64,000 nt of DNA from Bacillales bacterium UBA4951 (GTDB lineage Bacteria > Bacillota_I > Bacilli_A > RFN20 > CAG-826), in contig DHAP01000002.1 of assembly GCA_002397465.1 (NCBI GenBank), forward strand, positions 1,509 through 65,508. Direction: 5' to 3'. Of the stretch, positions 26,303 to 36,126 are shown in pieces (the first letter of the stretch is position 1; every line of letters starts with the position of its first letter). The position numbers and the translations under genes were made by a program. The notes beneath the pieces were generated by a model. The model ran no database searches and was not told where the DNA came from. It was given only the letters and a program-made list of their open reading frames with translations.

Positions 26303-29300
26303 ATGTCCAAAAAACTAAAAATGTTGCGCGGACTCGGAATGCTTTCATCGGCGTTGCTGGCGGTATCGATCACCTCAGCGACGATCATGGAGTATTATCG
26401 CGACCCGCTCGACTCCCTTCTTGGGACGAAGAGTTCCAAGATTGAGACAAGCACGTCGGATAACGCCGATGACGCTTGGAATTACAAGTCTAGCTTCAAG
26501 ACTGGAAAAGAGGCCTTCGAAGCCTACAAAGCCTTCGCCATCAAAGAATCCGAACAAACCATGGCACTTCTTAAGAATGCCGTGGACAAAACCGGAACCA
26601 GTGCGCTCCCGATCTCCAAAACAGCTAAAGTCACCTTGTTTGGAACCAGAAGCTATGGTCCAGTCTATGGAAACAGCAGCGGGTCCATCGCCGACCTCAA
26701 GACGGTTTATGACAACCAAATATTCACCTGCTTTGAGAATAGCGGTTTCAAACTTAACCCCAGCATGCTCGCCACTTACCAGTCTCATTTCTCTGGAGAG
26801 ACAATGTCTGGCAGCGGTTTTGGCGCCCTTCCGCCAGAATATCCGTCGATCACCAAGACGGACACCGTCGTTGAATTGACCCCAGATGAACTCAAGGCCA
26901 TCAACCCTGACTACAACAAAGATTATTCGGAGTACAACGATGCCGCGATTGTCGTTCTCGGAAGACCGGGCGGGGAAACCAAAAACTATTATCCAACCCA
27001 GTCGGGAATGGATGATGCGACCCACACAACGACCGACAACATCATGGGCGTTAGCGAAGAGGAACAAGCCATCATCGAAGAAGCCAAAAAATGCTCCTCG
27101 AAAGTCATCGTCCTCATCAACTCCACCAACGTCATGGAAATCAAGTCTCTCGAAGATGACCCAGACATTTCCGCGATTATGTGGATTGGCTTCCCGGGGG
27201 CTTATGGCTTCTATGGAATCGCCAATATCCTCAACGGCACCGTGAACCCTTCCGCCAGACTAGGCGACACCTATGTCACCAATGGCGCGGTGGCCCCGGC
27301 CATGCAAAGCTTCGGCAACATCCCATGGGAGAACGCCTCTAGTTTCTCTTCGGCCGAGAACGTCAATTCGTATCTGGTCGAGGCTGAGGGAATCTATTCG
27401 GGATACCGTTACTACGAAACCCGTTATGCCGATTGCGTCAATGGCGTTTCCGGAGCCTCAACCGCTAAGGCCGGCACCTACACGGTCAACGAAAAAGTCG
27501 CAACCGCGACTGGAACCTGGTCATACGACAACGAAGTCGTTTACCCGTTCGGGTATGGCCTAAGCTACACAAGCTTTTCGCAGAGCCTTGACTCGGTCAA
27601 AATCCTTGGAAGCAAGAAAACGGCCGAAGTCACGGTGACCGTCAAGAACACCGGTACCGTCGCCGGAAGAGACGTAGTCGAGCTTTATGCCCAGACCCCG
27701 TACACCTCTTATGACGTCACCAACAAAGTCGAGAAGAGCGCCATCCAGCTCATGGACTTCGAAAAGAGCAAGGAATTGGCGGCCGGCGAGAGTCAGACCA
27801 TCACGATGAACGTCGATATGTCCAACATCGCGAGCTATGACTACACCAATGCCAAAACGTTCATCGTCGACCCGGGTGACTATTATTTCTCCATTGGATC
27901 AGACTCCCATGATGCCTTGAACAACGTCCTTGCCTACCAAGGCAAAGGAACGAGCAACGGCATGAGCGCGGAAGGCGATTCCAGCAAGGTCTATAAATGG
28001 AACTGGGGCGGTGATGTCGATAAAGACACCTTCTCCGTCTCCAAAGAAGGGGTGGCCATCACCAACCAGCTTAGCGACGGCGACTACTCAATGGACCTCA
28101 ACACCTTCATGCCGGGGAAAGTCACTTACTTAACTCGCTCGAACTGGAACGGCACCTTCCCAGAAAGCTATGCCGGGATCAGCGCTAACTCGAGCCTTAC
28201 TAGACTTTTGAAGAACGATCTCGTCACCCTCAACACCAACGACGACACCTCTGAGTACAAGTGGTCGCAGTCAAGCGACCTTACAATCAATGATCTCAAA
28301 GGCGCTGACTGGGATGATGAAAGATGGGGTGAATTGATCGACAAGATGAGCGTGAGCGAATTCCTCGAGTTTGCCTCTAACGCTTTCCATCACATTCAGA
28401 AGATCGATTCCGTAGGTTATCTCGGCAACAACGCCGATGACGGTCCTGGTGGAAGCGACACCCACTATTTCCAGGAAGGAACCTATCAAGGCGAAGCCTG
28501 GAGTGATGCGGCTGACTACACAGGGTATGGAACCCGCGTCTGCCCGAGCCAAGAAAACCTTGGCTATGGCTGGAACAAGGAACTCGCTTATGAGAATGGC
28601 GAGATCATCCTTGGCGAGACTTCTCTATGTCTCAACCTCCCGATGATCATCGGCCCTGGAATGAACATCCATAGGCACGGATACAACGGCAGGGGCGGCG
28701 AGTACTTCTCCGAAGACCCAATGCTCTCCGGCTATATCGGTTCCGCGACCGTCCAAGGCGGACAAAGCAAAGGAGTCATGGTCAACATCAAACACGCCGC
28801 ATTCAACGATCAGGAAATCAACCGTTCTGGCATCGCGGTCTTCATGAACGAGCAAAAAGCCCGTGAATTGGAGCTTCGTAATCTTCAACAGGCCTTTGAG
28901 GGCAATGGGAAACCGGCCGCCTTCGAAAGCAACTCCGCTTATGATGAGTCCTATACCAAGGGAGCCAATGGCGTCATGACCTCATATAACCGTGTCGGCG
29001 CGGTCGCTTCGAGCGCCAACGTCGGTTTGATGGTCAACATCATCCGCAATGAATGGGGCTTCAAAGGCTACAACGTCACCGACTTCACCGGCGTCAACCT
29101 CAAGGCTGCGCCGAAAGAGTCGATACTGGCTGGCACAACGGCTTTCTGCGGATTTGGAAGCCCGTCCCTCGACTACTGGAACGAGGGGTCTCTCCTCGCC
29201 GACAAGTCGATGTGCAAAGCCATCAAGCAAGACGAGAAGTACATCCTTTATACCATCGCCAACTCCAACGCCCTCAATGGCATCAACAGTTCCTCTCACA

Positions 29301-29437
29301 CAGTGGAATTGATGACCTCGTGGAGAGCGCTCTACATCAGCTTGATCACCATCACCTCTGTCTTAGCGGTGGGAGGATTCGTCTCTTATGGCATAACCAG
29401 AGCCCTTGAAGGAAAGAAAAAGAAGGAGGAGGAATAA
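26303..29437 (+). CDS. glycoside hydrolase family 3 beta-glucosidase-like enzyme, domain-permuted, with N- and C-terminal TM anchors
   Basis: The GH3 C-domain and FnIII-like blocks come first (ALLKNAVDKTGTSALP..., PFGYGLSYTSF, VVELYAQ). The catalytic barrel comes last (GRGGEYFSEDPMLSG, KHAAFNDQE, VMTSYNRVG, GYNVTDFTG). Start at ATG 26303 after AGGAGGA. The C-terminal TM is followed by a KKKKEEE tail. Confidence 0.9.
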   Translation: MSKKLKMLRGLGMLSSALLAVSITSATIMEYYRDPLDSLLGTKSSKIETSTSDNADDAWNYKSSFKTGKEAFEAYKAFAIKESEQTMALLKNAVDKTGTSALPISKTAKVTLFGTRSYGPVYGNSSGSIADLKTVYDNQIFTCFENSGFKLNPSMLATYQSHFSGETMSGSGFGALPPEYPSITKTDTVVELTPDELKAINPDYNKDYSEYNDAAIVVLGRPGGETKNYYPTQSGMDDATHTTTDNIMGVSEEEQAIIEEAKKCSSKVIVLINSTNVMEIKSLEDDPDISAIMWIGFPGAYGFYGIANILNGTVNPSARLGDTYVTNGAVAPAMQSFGNIPWENASSFSSAENVNSYLVEAEGIYSGYRYYETRYADCVNGVSGASTAKAGTYTVNEKVATATGTWSYDNEVVYPFGYGLSYTSFSQSLDSVKILGSKKTAEVTVTVKNTGTVAGRDVVELYAQTPYTSYDVTNKVEKSAIQLMDFEKSKELAAGESQTITMNVDMSNIASYDYTNAKTFIVDPGDYYFSIGSDSHDALNNVLAYQGKGTSNGMSAEGDSSKVYKWNWGGDVDKDTFSVSKEGVAITNQLSDGDYSMDLNTFMPGKVTYLTRSNWNGTFPESYAGISANSSLTRLLKNDLVTLNTNDDTSEYKWSQSSDLTINDLKGADWDDERWGELIDKMSVSEFLEFASNAFHHIQKIDSVGYLGNNADDGPGGSDTHYFQEGTYQGEAWSDAADYTGYGTRVCPSQENLGYGWNKELAYENGEIILGETSLCLNLPMIIGPGMNIHRHGYNGRGGEYFSEDPMLSGYIGSATVQGGQSKGVMVNIKHAAFNDQEINRSGIAVFMNEQKARELELRNLQQAFEGNGKPAAFESNSAYDESYTKGANGVMTSYNRVGAVASSANVGLMVNIIRNEWGFKGYNVTDFTGVNLKAAPKESILAGTTAFCGFGSPSLDYWNEGSLLADKSMCKAIKQDEKYILYTIANSNALNGINSSSHTVELMTSWRALYISLITITSVLAVGGFVSYGITRALEGKKKKEEE

Positions 29438-29438
29438 G

Positions 29439-29876
29439 ATGAAATTCTTCAAAAAGCAAAGCACCGCCGGCTATTTGATTGACGTTACGACGGTGTTCGC
29501 CTTAATTGGCCTAATCTTCTACATCGTCACTTCGACGACCGGCTTCCTTGCCGGCAGCTCAATGGATGCCTGGCCGATCGTTCTCTCGATCTTCACCATT
29601 GCCATCGGAGTTGGAGTCTTCTTCTTCGGTGACAGCTTGAAAGGTTGGATGATTGATATCATCCTGCCAGTCATGTGTGTTCTCTTATCGGCGACTTTGT
29701 GTCTATTCGTCATCGATAGGCTCAGCTTGTTCGCTGACGTCTGGTTCATTCCGGTCAACTATCCCGCTGCGGAAGGGGTCTTGCTCAATATCTCGATAGT
29801 GGGCATCGCCTTCTACATCGCCAGCATCATCTTGACCGTCAGCGCCGGATTCATGGACAAGTTGGTCAAAGAATAA
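29439..29876 (+). CDS. small 4-TM membrane protein coupled to the GH3 gene
   Basis: 145 aa with four hydrophobic helices. The ATG lies 1 nt after the GH3 stop. An analogous protein follows the second GH3 (62738-63187). Confidence 0.6.
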   Translation: MKFFKKQSTAGYLIDVTTVFALIGLIFYIVTSTTGFLAGSSMDAWPIVLSIFTIAIGVGVFFFGDSLKGWMIDIILPVMCVLLSATLCLFVIDRLSLFADVWFIPVNYPAAEGVLLNISIVGIAFYIASIILTVSAGFMDKLVKE

Positions 29877-29894
29877 GGCCTCCTTATTAGGCTT

Positions 29895-29924
29895 AGCCCC
29901 CAAGTTTCTACGCGGGGGCTTTGC
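29895..29924 (+). terminator. candidate intrinsic terminator
   Basis: AGCCCCC (29895-29901) pairs with GGGGGCT (29914-29920), followed by TTTG. The T-run is weak. Confidence 0.45.
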
Positions 29925-30018
29925 CTGTAGTTACCAATTAAGACTTAAAAATTACATTTTATGACGTTCCGTGTGTATTCTTGTTTTCTTAGGCTAAAGT
30001 AATCTAAAAGGAAGAAAT

Positions 30019-32361
30019 ATGGTCAAAATCCCCTTACTAGAGAAGTGGAGTTTCGCCAAAGCGGGCTCCCAAGATGTCATCAGCGTCGACTTGCCTTATG
30101 ATGCGATGTTGCACCAAGGCAGAGACGAGAAATCCCCCAGCAAAAACTCCAGCGGGTATTTTGATGGCGGCGATTACACCTACACCAAGGAGCTTGATGT
30201 TCCTCTTACTTATAAGGATAAAGCCATATACCTCGAGTTCGAAGGCGTCTATCACCACGCGGAGGTCTATATCAACTCCGTTAAGAGAGCCAAATGGGAG
30301 AATGGCTACCGTCATTTCTATTTGGAGATCGACGAGTTCCTCAAGTACGGCGAGAAAAACGAAATAAAGGTGGTGGCCCGTAATAGCGACCAACCAAACA
30401 GCAGATGGTATTCCGGCTCAGGGATTTACCGTCCGGTCAATCTCTATATATACGAGAAGGAACACATCCTTCCGTATGGCTTGAGGGTCAAGACCCTTTC
30501 TTATCAAGACAAAACAATCGAGATAGAGATCAAGGCCAACGCCAAAAAGGAATCGGTCATCGAGATTCTTGACGATGAGAAATCCATATATCTCCAAAAA
30601 GCGACGATCGACCACGATTATAAAAACACGCTTTCATTGAAAGAATGTTCGTTATGGAGCCCGGACACTCCGAAGATGTACACCATCCGCGTCAAGTTTG
30701 GGGATGACGTCGTCGAGACGAGATTTGGCATTAGAAAAGTAGAAGCCACCGCGGAAAAAGGCTTATTGATCAATGGGGTCAAGACCCTTCTTAAGGGTGC
30801 TTGTATCCATGCGGACAACGGAATCCTCGGGGCTTGCTCATACCCATATTCCGAATTAAGGAAAGTCAGGATCCTCAAAAGCTATGGCTACAACGCGATC
30901 AGATGCGCCCATAACCCCTGCGCGGATTCTTTCTTAAGGGCTTGCGACGAAGAAGGCATGCTCGTGATGGATGAATACGCGGATATGTGGTTCATGCACA
31001 AGAGCAAGTACGATTACGCGACGTATCTTCCTTCTGAATGGCCAAAGGATTTGGAGGCCATGCTCGAGAAAGACTACAACCACCCTTCCGTCATCATGGT
31101 CTCGCTAGGAAACGAGGTTGGCGAATCGGCGAATGCGAAGGGCGTGGCCATCTGCAAGAAGATGGCCGAATATGTGAAGGCGAATGGCAATGACTATCTC
31201 ACGACCGCCGGAATAAACGTCTTCTTCAACTATCTCTCCAGCATGGGCTTTGGCGTCTATAGCGACAAAAAAGCCAACAAGGAAAAGAGCGTCGGCAGCG
31301 AGTTCTTCAATAAACTCGCCGGCATCTTCGGCGATGACACGATGAAGATCGGGGCTTCGTTACCGATGGTGGACAAGAGAATCAAAGGCGTCTATTCAGT
31401 CCTTGACGTGGCTGGTTATAACTATGGCATCCTCCGTTACAAGAAAGACCACAAGAAATACCCGAAGAGAGTTATCCTCGGCAGTGAGACCTTCATGAAG
31501 GACATCTCTTCCTTCTTAAAGATGAGTGAGACGAACCCCGCCTTGATCGGCGACTTCGTCTGGTCAGGCATGGACTATCTTGGAGAAGCCGGAATCGGTT
31601 CTTGGGAATACAAGGAATACGTCGATGATTTCAAGCCGACCTATGGTTGGATCAGCGCCGGAAGCGGGAGAATCGACATATTAGGCAACCCCTTGGGCGA
31701 AGCTTTATACACCAAGGTCATGTACGACAAATCCGACCTCGAGATTGCCGTCCGTCCCTTAATGAACGAAAAAGGGCATTCGCCTTCTGCCTGGAAGATG
31801 TCCGATGCTTTGCCAATCTGGGCCTATGAAGGCAAAACCGGAAAGAAAGCGAGCGTCGAGGTCTATTCGAAAGCCTATCGAAGCGAACTCTACCTCAACG
31901 ATAAACTCGTTGGCAAAAAGAAGAACAAAAAAAGCGGACGCACCATCTACAAAGTTCCTTACAAGAATGGCGAACTCAGGGTCGATTCTTATTCAAAAGA
32001 TGGGAGCGTGGTGACGAGCAAGAGCCTCATAAGCCCATCGAAAAACATCCTTCTCAGCATGGATGTCGAAAATGTTTCTCCGAAGGTTGGAGAGCCGATT
32101 TACGTGGATTTCTCCTTCGTTGACGAGAAAGGGGTTCTCCATCCCCTCGTCAAAGAGAAGGTCTCTCTTGAAGTGAGTGGTGGTGAGCTATTGGCCTTTG
32201 GCAATGCCTGCCCGTTCAACAAAGAAGGCTATCTATCGTCCACGTGTCTCACATATTTTGGAAGATGCTTAGGCATCGTCATGGCCAAGACAAAAGGCGA
32301 GCTCACCATCAAGGCCCACTCCAGATATGGGGATGTCGTCAAAACTATAAAAATAGCCTAA
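30019..32361 (+). CDS. glycoside hydrolase family 2 protein (beta-galactosidase-like)
   Basis: 780 aa. GH2 sugar-binding, Ig and TIM-barrel blocks (HHAEVYINS, YNAIRCAHNP, SLGNEVGES). Confidence 0.85.
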   Translation: MVKIPLLEKWSFAKAGSQDVISVDLPYDAMLHQGRDEKSPSKNSSGYFDGGDYTYTKELDVPLTYKDKAIYLEFEGVYHHAEVYINSVKRAKWENGYRHFYLEIDEFLKYGEKNEIKVVARNSDQPNSRWYSGSGIYRPVNLYIYEKEHILPYGLRVKTLSYQDKTIEIEIKANAKKESVIEILDDEKSIYLQKATIDHDYKNTLSLKECSLWSPDTPKMYTIRVKFGDDVVETRFGIRKVEATAEKGLLINGVKTLLKGACIHADNGILGACSYPYSELRKVRILKSYGYNAIRCAHNPCADSFLRACDEEGMLVMDEYADMWFMHKSKYDYATYLPSEWPKDLEAMLEKDYNHPSVIMVSLGNEVGESANAKGVAICKKMAEYVKANGNDYLTTAGINVFFNYLSSMGFGVYSDKKANKEKSVGSEFFNKLAGIFGDDTMKIGASLPMVDKRIKGVYSVLDVAGYNYGILRYKKDHKKYPKRVILGSETFMKDISSFLKMSETNPALIGDFVWSGMDYLGEAGIGSWEYKEYVDDFKPTYGWISAGSGRIDILGNPLGEALYTKVMYDKSDLEIAVRPLMNEKGHSPSAWKMSDALPIWAYEGKTGKKASVEVYSKAYRSELYLNDKLVGKKKNKKSGRTIYKVPYKNGELRVDSYSKDGSVVTSKSLISPSKNILLSMDVENVSPKVGEPIYVDFSFVDEKGVLHPLVKEKVSLEVSGGELLAFGNACPFNKEGYLSSTCLTYFGRCLGIVMAKTKGELTIKAHSRYGDVVKTIKIA

Positions 32362-32852
32362 TCGATTTCTTTGATATCGTCGGGTATCTCGACGTTGATG
32401 TCATCGGGGTGCTCGTTTTCGCCGAGGGTAATCTTGCTTAGCGGGATGTTCATGTAGAGGGCGCTTCCTCTAGCGAGCATCACCCCGTCCATCGTCTCTA
32501 TCTCCGCAACCCCGTGGAAGGTCATTTTGTCGAGCTTGTCGATTTTGCCCACGCACTTTAAAGGGACGCCATAAGGGACGGGCTTATGGTATTCGATGTT
32601 TAGTCTCATGGTGACGCCCCAGACGGTGGGGTCTTTGATCCAGACGGCCCTTCCGATGGTCTCGTCGATGAGAGCGGCGATCATGCCACCATGCGTTCTT
32701 TCCGGATATGACTGATGGTTTTTGTCGAAATGGAACAAGGCGATCAAGGAGCCGTCCTCCATTTCATAGAACGAGGCGTGAACCCCATATGGGTTATCGA
32801 CTCCACAGACGATGCAGTCGTGGGAGAGAGATTGCTTTTTGTTTACTTTCAT
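32358..32852 (-). CDS. PaaI-family (hotdog fold) thioesterase
   Basis: Start set at ATG 32852 (MKVNKK...). CIVCG motif and HGGMIAALIDETIG hotdog block. The longer track ORF would run into the divergent GH2 start. Confidence 0.75.
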   Translation of the reverse strand: MKVNKKQSLSHDCIVCGVDNPYGVHASFYEMEDGSLIALFHFDKNHQSYPERTHGGMIAALIDETIGRAVWIKDPTVWGVTMRLNIEYHKPVPYGVPLKCVGKIDKLDKMTFHGVAEIETMDGVMLARGSALYMNIPLSKITLGENEHPDDINVEIPDDIKEID

Positions 32853-33016
32853 GGCTAGAACTATAACACCTTTGGGCCTTTCATTCATTTTGTAGACGAA
32901 TATGTTTTTCTTTGCATGACAGAGCGAATCAAAAATACATATACTATAAGTAAGTAAGGAATAACGAGGCGGAGAATACCCTCTTATCGGTGCCTCTCGC
33001 TTCGTAAGGAGCAAAT

Positions 33017-34765
33017 ATGCACAAAGATGTTCTCTCTTATGAAAAAGGGCATCCAAATCCTCTTTTCTATCGCCCGGATTGGATGTCGCTGAACGGCAAA
33101 TGGGATTTCGTCTTCGATGACGACAATCTCGGACTGAAGGAAGGCTGGTCCAGCAAGATTCCCGATGGGACGATCAAGATTAAGGTGCCTTATAGCTATG
33201 AAGTGCCTTCATCAGGAGTCAAAGACAAGAAAGAACATAAGATACTGTGGTATTTCAAGACGTTTCAGAACCCTCATTACGAAGGCAAGAGCATGCTCCA
33301 CTTCGAGAGATGCGACTATGTCTTCGATGGCTGGCTCAATGGCCATTATCTAGGAAAGCATATCGGAGGCTATGACGCCTTCCGTTACGACGTGAGCGAC
33401 TTCTTGATCGAAGGCGAGAACCTCTTGGTCGTCAGGACATATGACGACAAAGACCCCGCCCACGTGAGAGGCAAGCAGACCTGGGAGGAAAAGCCCTTTG
33501 CCTGTTTCTATCCGACCACTTCGGGACTTTATGGCGATGTGTGGCTTGAGGACGTGAACAAGGCCTCCATCCAAGGCTATGACGCGAGAGCCTCATACGA
33601 GGAGAAGGCCGTTTATCTCAGGCTGTTGTTCACCCCAGAGGCCGTCGGGAGCCAGTGCATGCTCGAAGTAAGCTTCCGCGGCAAGATGGCGGTGTCGGAT
33701 TCTTTCACCGTCACCGGCATCTACATGGAACGCTGCATCAACATACCATCTAAAATGTTCAAGAGGTGGAGCCCGGCCTATCCATGTTTATATGACCTAA
33801 AGATGTCGCTTGCGAGAAACGGCGACTTCTTGGATGTCGTCTATAGCTATTTCGGCGTGAATGAGATCAGCCAAAAGAAGAACTACATCGCCCTCAATGG
33901 CAAGAAACGTTATCTCAAGTTCGTCCTCTATCAAGGATATAACCCCAAAGGCGGATACACCTTCACGGAAGATGAATACAAAAAGGACATTTCCCTCATC
34001 AAGGGAATGGGCTTCAATGGGGTCAGGGTCCATGAGAAAGTCGAGTCGGAACTCTTCTATTACCTCTGCGACAGGGAAGGCGTCCTCAATGACGTCGAAT
34101 TGCCTTCTCCACATAAATATGAGCCGCTTGAGGAAGATGAGGTCCAAAGCGAGTTCGGCCGGATCGTAACCGACCATGTCGGGCATCCTTCGACGATCGC
34201 CTATGTCGGCTATAACGAAAGCTGGGGCGTCGAGGACATCGCCACCTCGCTCGACCAGCAGAAGCTATCGACGAGCCTTTATCAGATGGCCAACCGCATC
34301 GACTGGACGAGACCCTGCATCAGCAACGATGGCTGGGAGCATACCGAAAGCGACCTCCTGAGCCTTCATAACTACGCCGAGAACAAAGAGGAGATGGAGG
34401 AGTTTGCCTCCGAGCTCAAAGACAAACTTTCTAGGGGTGAGAACTTCGATGTCTCACTCGGCAAGAAGGCCTTCGCCGGTGACTTCCATTATTCGGGACA
34501 GCCCCTCATGATGAGCGAATTCTTCGGGGCTATCTACAAAACTGATGAAGCCAAAGGCTGGGGATATGGGGCGCCAGTCAAGTCGAATAGGGCGTATTTG
34601 CAAAGATATAGGGCCTTATTGAAGGTTCTTAAGAAGTGTGATTTCGCCGGTTACTGCGCCACACAGTTCGCCGATACCTATCAGGAGAAGAACGGCTTTG
34701 TCGATGAGAATAGAAACGTCAAAGCCTCGATTGATTCCATAAAGAAGATCAACCGTTCTTATTGA
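33017..34765 (+). CDS. glycoside hydrolase family 2 protein (short form; beta-glucuronidase/galactosidase-like)
   Basis: 582 aa. GH2 N-terminal sugar-binding pattern (FERCDYVFDGWLNGHYLGKHIGGYDAF), TIM barrel with GFNGVRVHE, and acid/base block GYNESWG. AAGGAG RBS. Confidence 0.8.
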   Translation: MHKDVLSYEKGHPNPLFYRPDWMSLNGKWDFVFDDDNLGLKEGWSSKIPDGTIKIKVPYSYEVPSSGVKDKKEHKILWYFKTFQNPHYEGKSMLHFERCDYVFDGWLNGHYLGKHIGGYDAFRYDVSDFLIEGENLLVVRTYDDKDPAHVRGKQTWEEKPFACFYPTTSGLYGDVWLEDVNKASIQGYDARASYEEKAVYLRLLFTPEAVGSQCMLEVSFRGKMAVSDSFTVTGIYMERCINIPSKMFKRWSPAYPCLYDLKMSLARNGDFLDVVYSYFGVNEISQKKNYIALNGKKRYLKFVLYQGYNPKGGYTFTEDEYKKDISLIKGMGFNGVRVHEKVESELFYYLCDREGVLNDVELPSPHKYEPLEEDEVQSEFGRIVTDHVGHPSTIAYVGYNESWGVEDIATSLDQQKLSTSLYQMANRIDWTRPCISNDGWEHTESDLLSLHNYAENKEEMEEFASELKDKLSRGENFDVSLGKKAFAGDFHYSGQPLMMSEFFGAIYKTDEAKGWGYGAPVKSNRAYLQRYRALLKVLKKCDFAGYCATQFADTYQEKNGFVDENRNVKASIDSIKKINRSY

Positions 34766-34788
34766 TTTTTATCTTCGCTTCCCTAGGT

Positions 34789-34794
34789 TATAAT
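34789..34794 (+). promoter_or_regulatory. -10 box (TATAAT) positioned for a leaderless rarA transcript
   Basis: TATAAT ends 7 nt before the A of the rarA ATG (34802). No Shine-Dalgarno-like purine run lies between them. Confidence 0.35.
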
Positions 34795-34801
34795 TCTTTA
34801 C

Positions 34802-36070
34802 ATGAATGAGCCTCTAGCTTTTAGAATGCGACCCACGACCCTCGACGAGGTGATTGGGCAAGATGACGTCGTTGGCAAGAACGGCTTTTTAAGGAAGTCC
34901 GTCGAACACCAATCACCGGTCTCAATGATTCTTTTCGGTCCTCCGGGAACGGGCAAGACCACGATTGCCGAAGCCTACGCCAGAAGCATTGACATACCAT
35001 ATAAAAGGCTGAACGCCGTCACCACCGACAAGAAGGAAATGCAAGAGGCCATCCTCGATGCCAAACTCTCGAGCCACGCCATCGTGATAGTGGACGAGGT
35101 CCATCGTCTTGATAAGCAGAAACAAGACCTTCTTTTGCCATACGTGGAAGATGGGACTTTTTATCTGATCGGCGCCACGACCGCCAATCCGTATATCGCC
35201 CTTAACCGGGCCATCAGGAGCCGCTGCCGCCTCATCGAGATCAAGCCGCTCAGCGAGAAAGACGTGGTGGTCGGTTTAAAAAGAGCCATCGCTTCGCCTA
35301 AGGGATTAGACAACAAGCTTAACGTCAACGATGAAGGACTCAACTATATTGCCAAACTTAGCGGCGGCGACCTCCGTTTTGCCCTCAACATGCTTGAAGA
35401 GGCCTCCATTCAATTCGATGAAGGGAAATCCATCGGCGTCGATGAGCTCAAAACCATCGAAAGCGTGCCAAACTACGCGATGGACAAAGGCGAAGAAGAA
35501 CATTATGACTCCGTCTCCGCCCTTCAGAAATCCATCAGGGGCGCGGACGTCGACGCAGCTTTGTATTATTTGGCCAGGCTTTGCATCGCCGAAGACCTCG
35601 ACTCGATCAAAAGGCGTCTTTTGGTGACGGCATATGAGGACATCGGATTAGGCAATCCGCCAGCCGTCCAACGTTGCCAATTAGCCATCGAAGCGGCGGA
35701 GCAAGTCGGCTTTCCTGAGGCCATCATTCCTCTAGGATTCACGGTCTGCGAATTATGCCTGTCGCCTCATTCAAAAGCCTCGACTCTCTCGATTGAAAAG
35801 ACGATGGACTTTGCCGCCAAAAAGCCTTTCATGGTCCAAGACTACCTGAAGCTGACCCCAATCAACCTCAAGGATGAGGACAAGTATCCATATGACCGCC
35901 CAGACCTTTGGGAGAAGATCCAATATCTTCCGGACTTCCTCAAGGAAATGCGTTTCTATGAGCCGAACGCGATGTCCAAGTCATCCTATGAGAAAGCCCT
36001 CAACGAGAACTACCAACGGATGATCAAAAACGGCAGAAGCAACAAACTGTCCGAACTAAAGAGAAAATAG
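34802..36070 (+). CDS. rarA: replication-associated recombination protein A (AAA+ ATPase)
   Basis: 422 aa. PLAFRMRPTTLDEVIGQ, Walker A GPPGTGKTT, Walker B VIVDEVHR and the MgsA C-terminal block (HYDSVSALQKSIRGADVDAALYYLARL). Confidence 0.9.
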   Translation: MNEPLAFRMRPTTLDEVIGQDDVVGKNGFLRKSVEHQSPVSMILFGPPGTGKTTIAEAYARSIDIPYKRLNAVTTDKKEMQEAILDAKLSSHAIVIVDEVHRLDKQKQDLLLPYVEDGTFYLIGATTANPYIALNRAIRSRCRLIEIKPLSEKDVVVGLKRAIASPKGLDNKLNVNDEGLNYIAKLSGGDLRFALNMLEEASIQFDEGKSIGVDELKTIESVPNYAMDKGEEEHYDSVSALQKSIRGADVDAALYYLARLCIAEDLDSIKRRLLVTAYEDIGLGNPPAVQRCQLAIEAAEQVGFPEAIIPLGFTVCELCLSPHSKASTLSIEKTMDFAAKKPFMVQDYLKLTPINLKDEDKYPYDRPDLWEKIQYLPDFLKEMRFYEPNAMSKSSYEKALNENYQRMIKNGRSNKLSELKRK

Positions 36071-36075
36071 GGTAG

Positions 36076-36114
36076 GAAAAACCCGCCGCAGGTTTGTAGG
36101 TAACTTGCAGCGGG
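36076..36114 (-). terminator. intrinsic terminator after the GH94 phosphorylase gene
   Basis: Long imperfect hairpin CCCGCCGCAGG...CTTGCAGCGGG (36082-36114). On the minus strand it is followed by TTTTT. Confidence 0.55.
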
Positions 36115-36126
36115 CTTCCCGCAAAG

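Noticed and set aside
26375-27067. Long antisense or alternative-frame ORFs embedded in recognisable genes. Examples: 26375-27067(-), 44-571(-), 7345-7854(+), 8297-8812(+), 21143-21541(+), 54711-55292(-).
   Set aside because: Each lies entirely inside a CDS with clear family motifs on the other strand or frame. Their translations are low-complexity (Arg/Ser/Pro/Gly-rich), and they lack RBS-like sequences. I treat them as by-products of codon bias.
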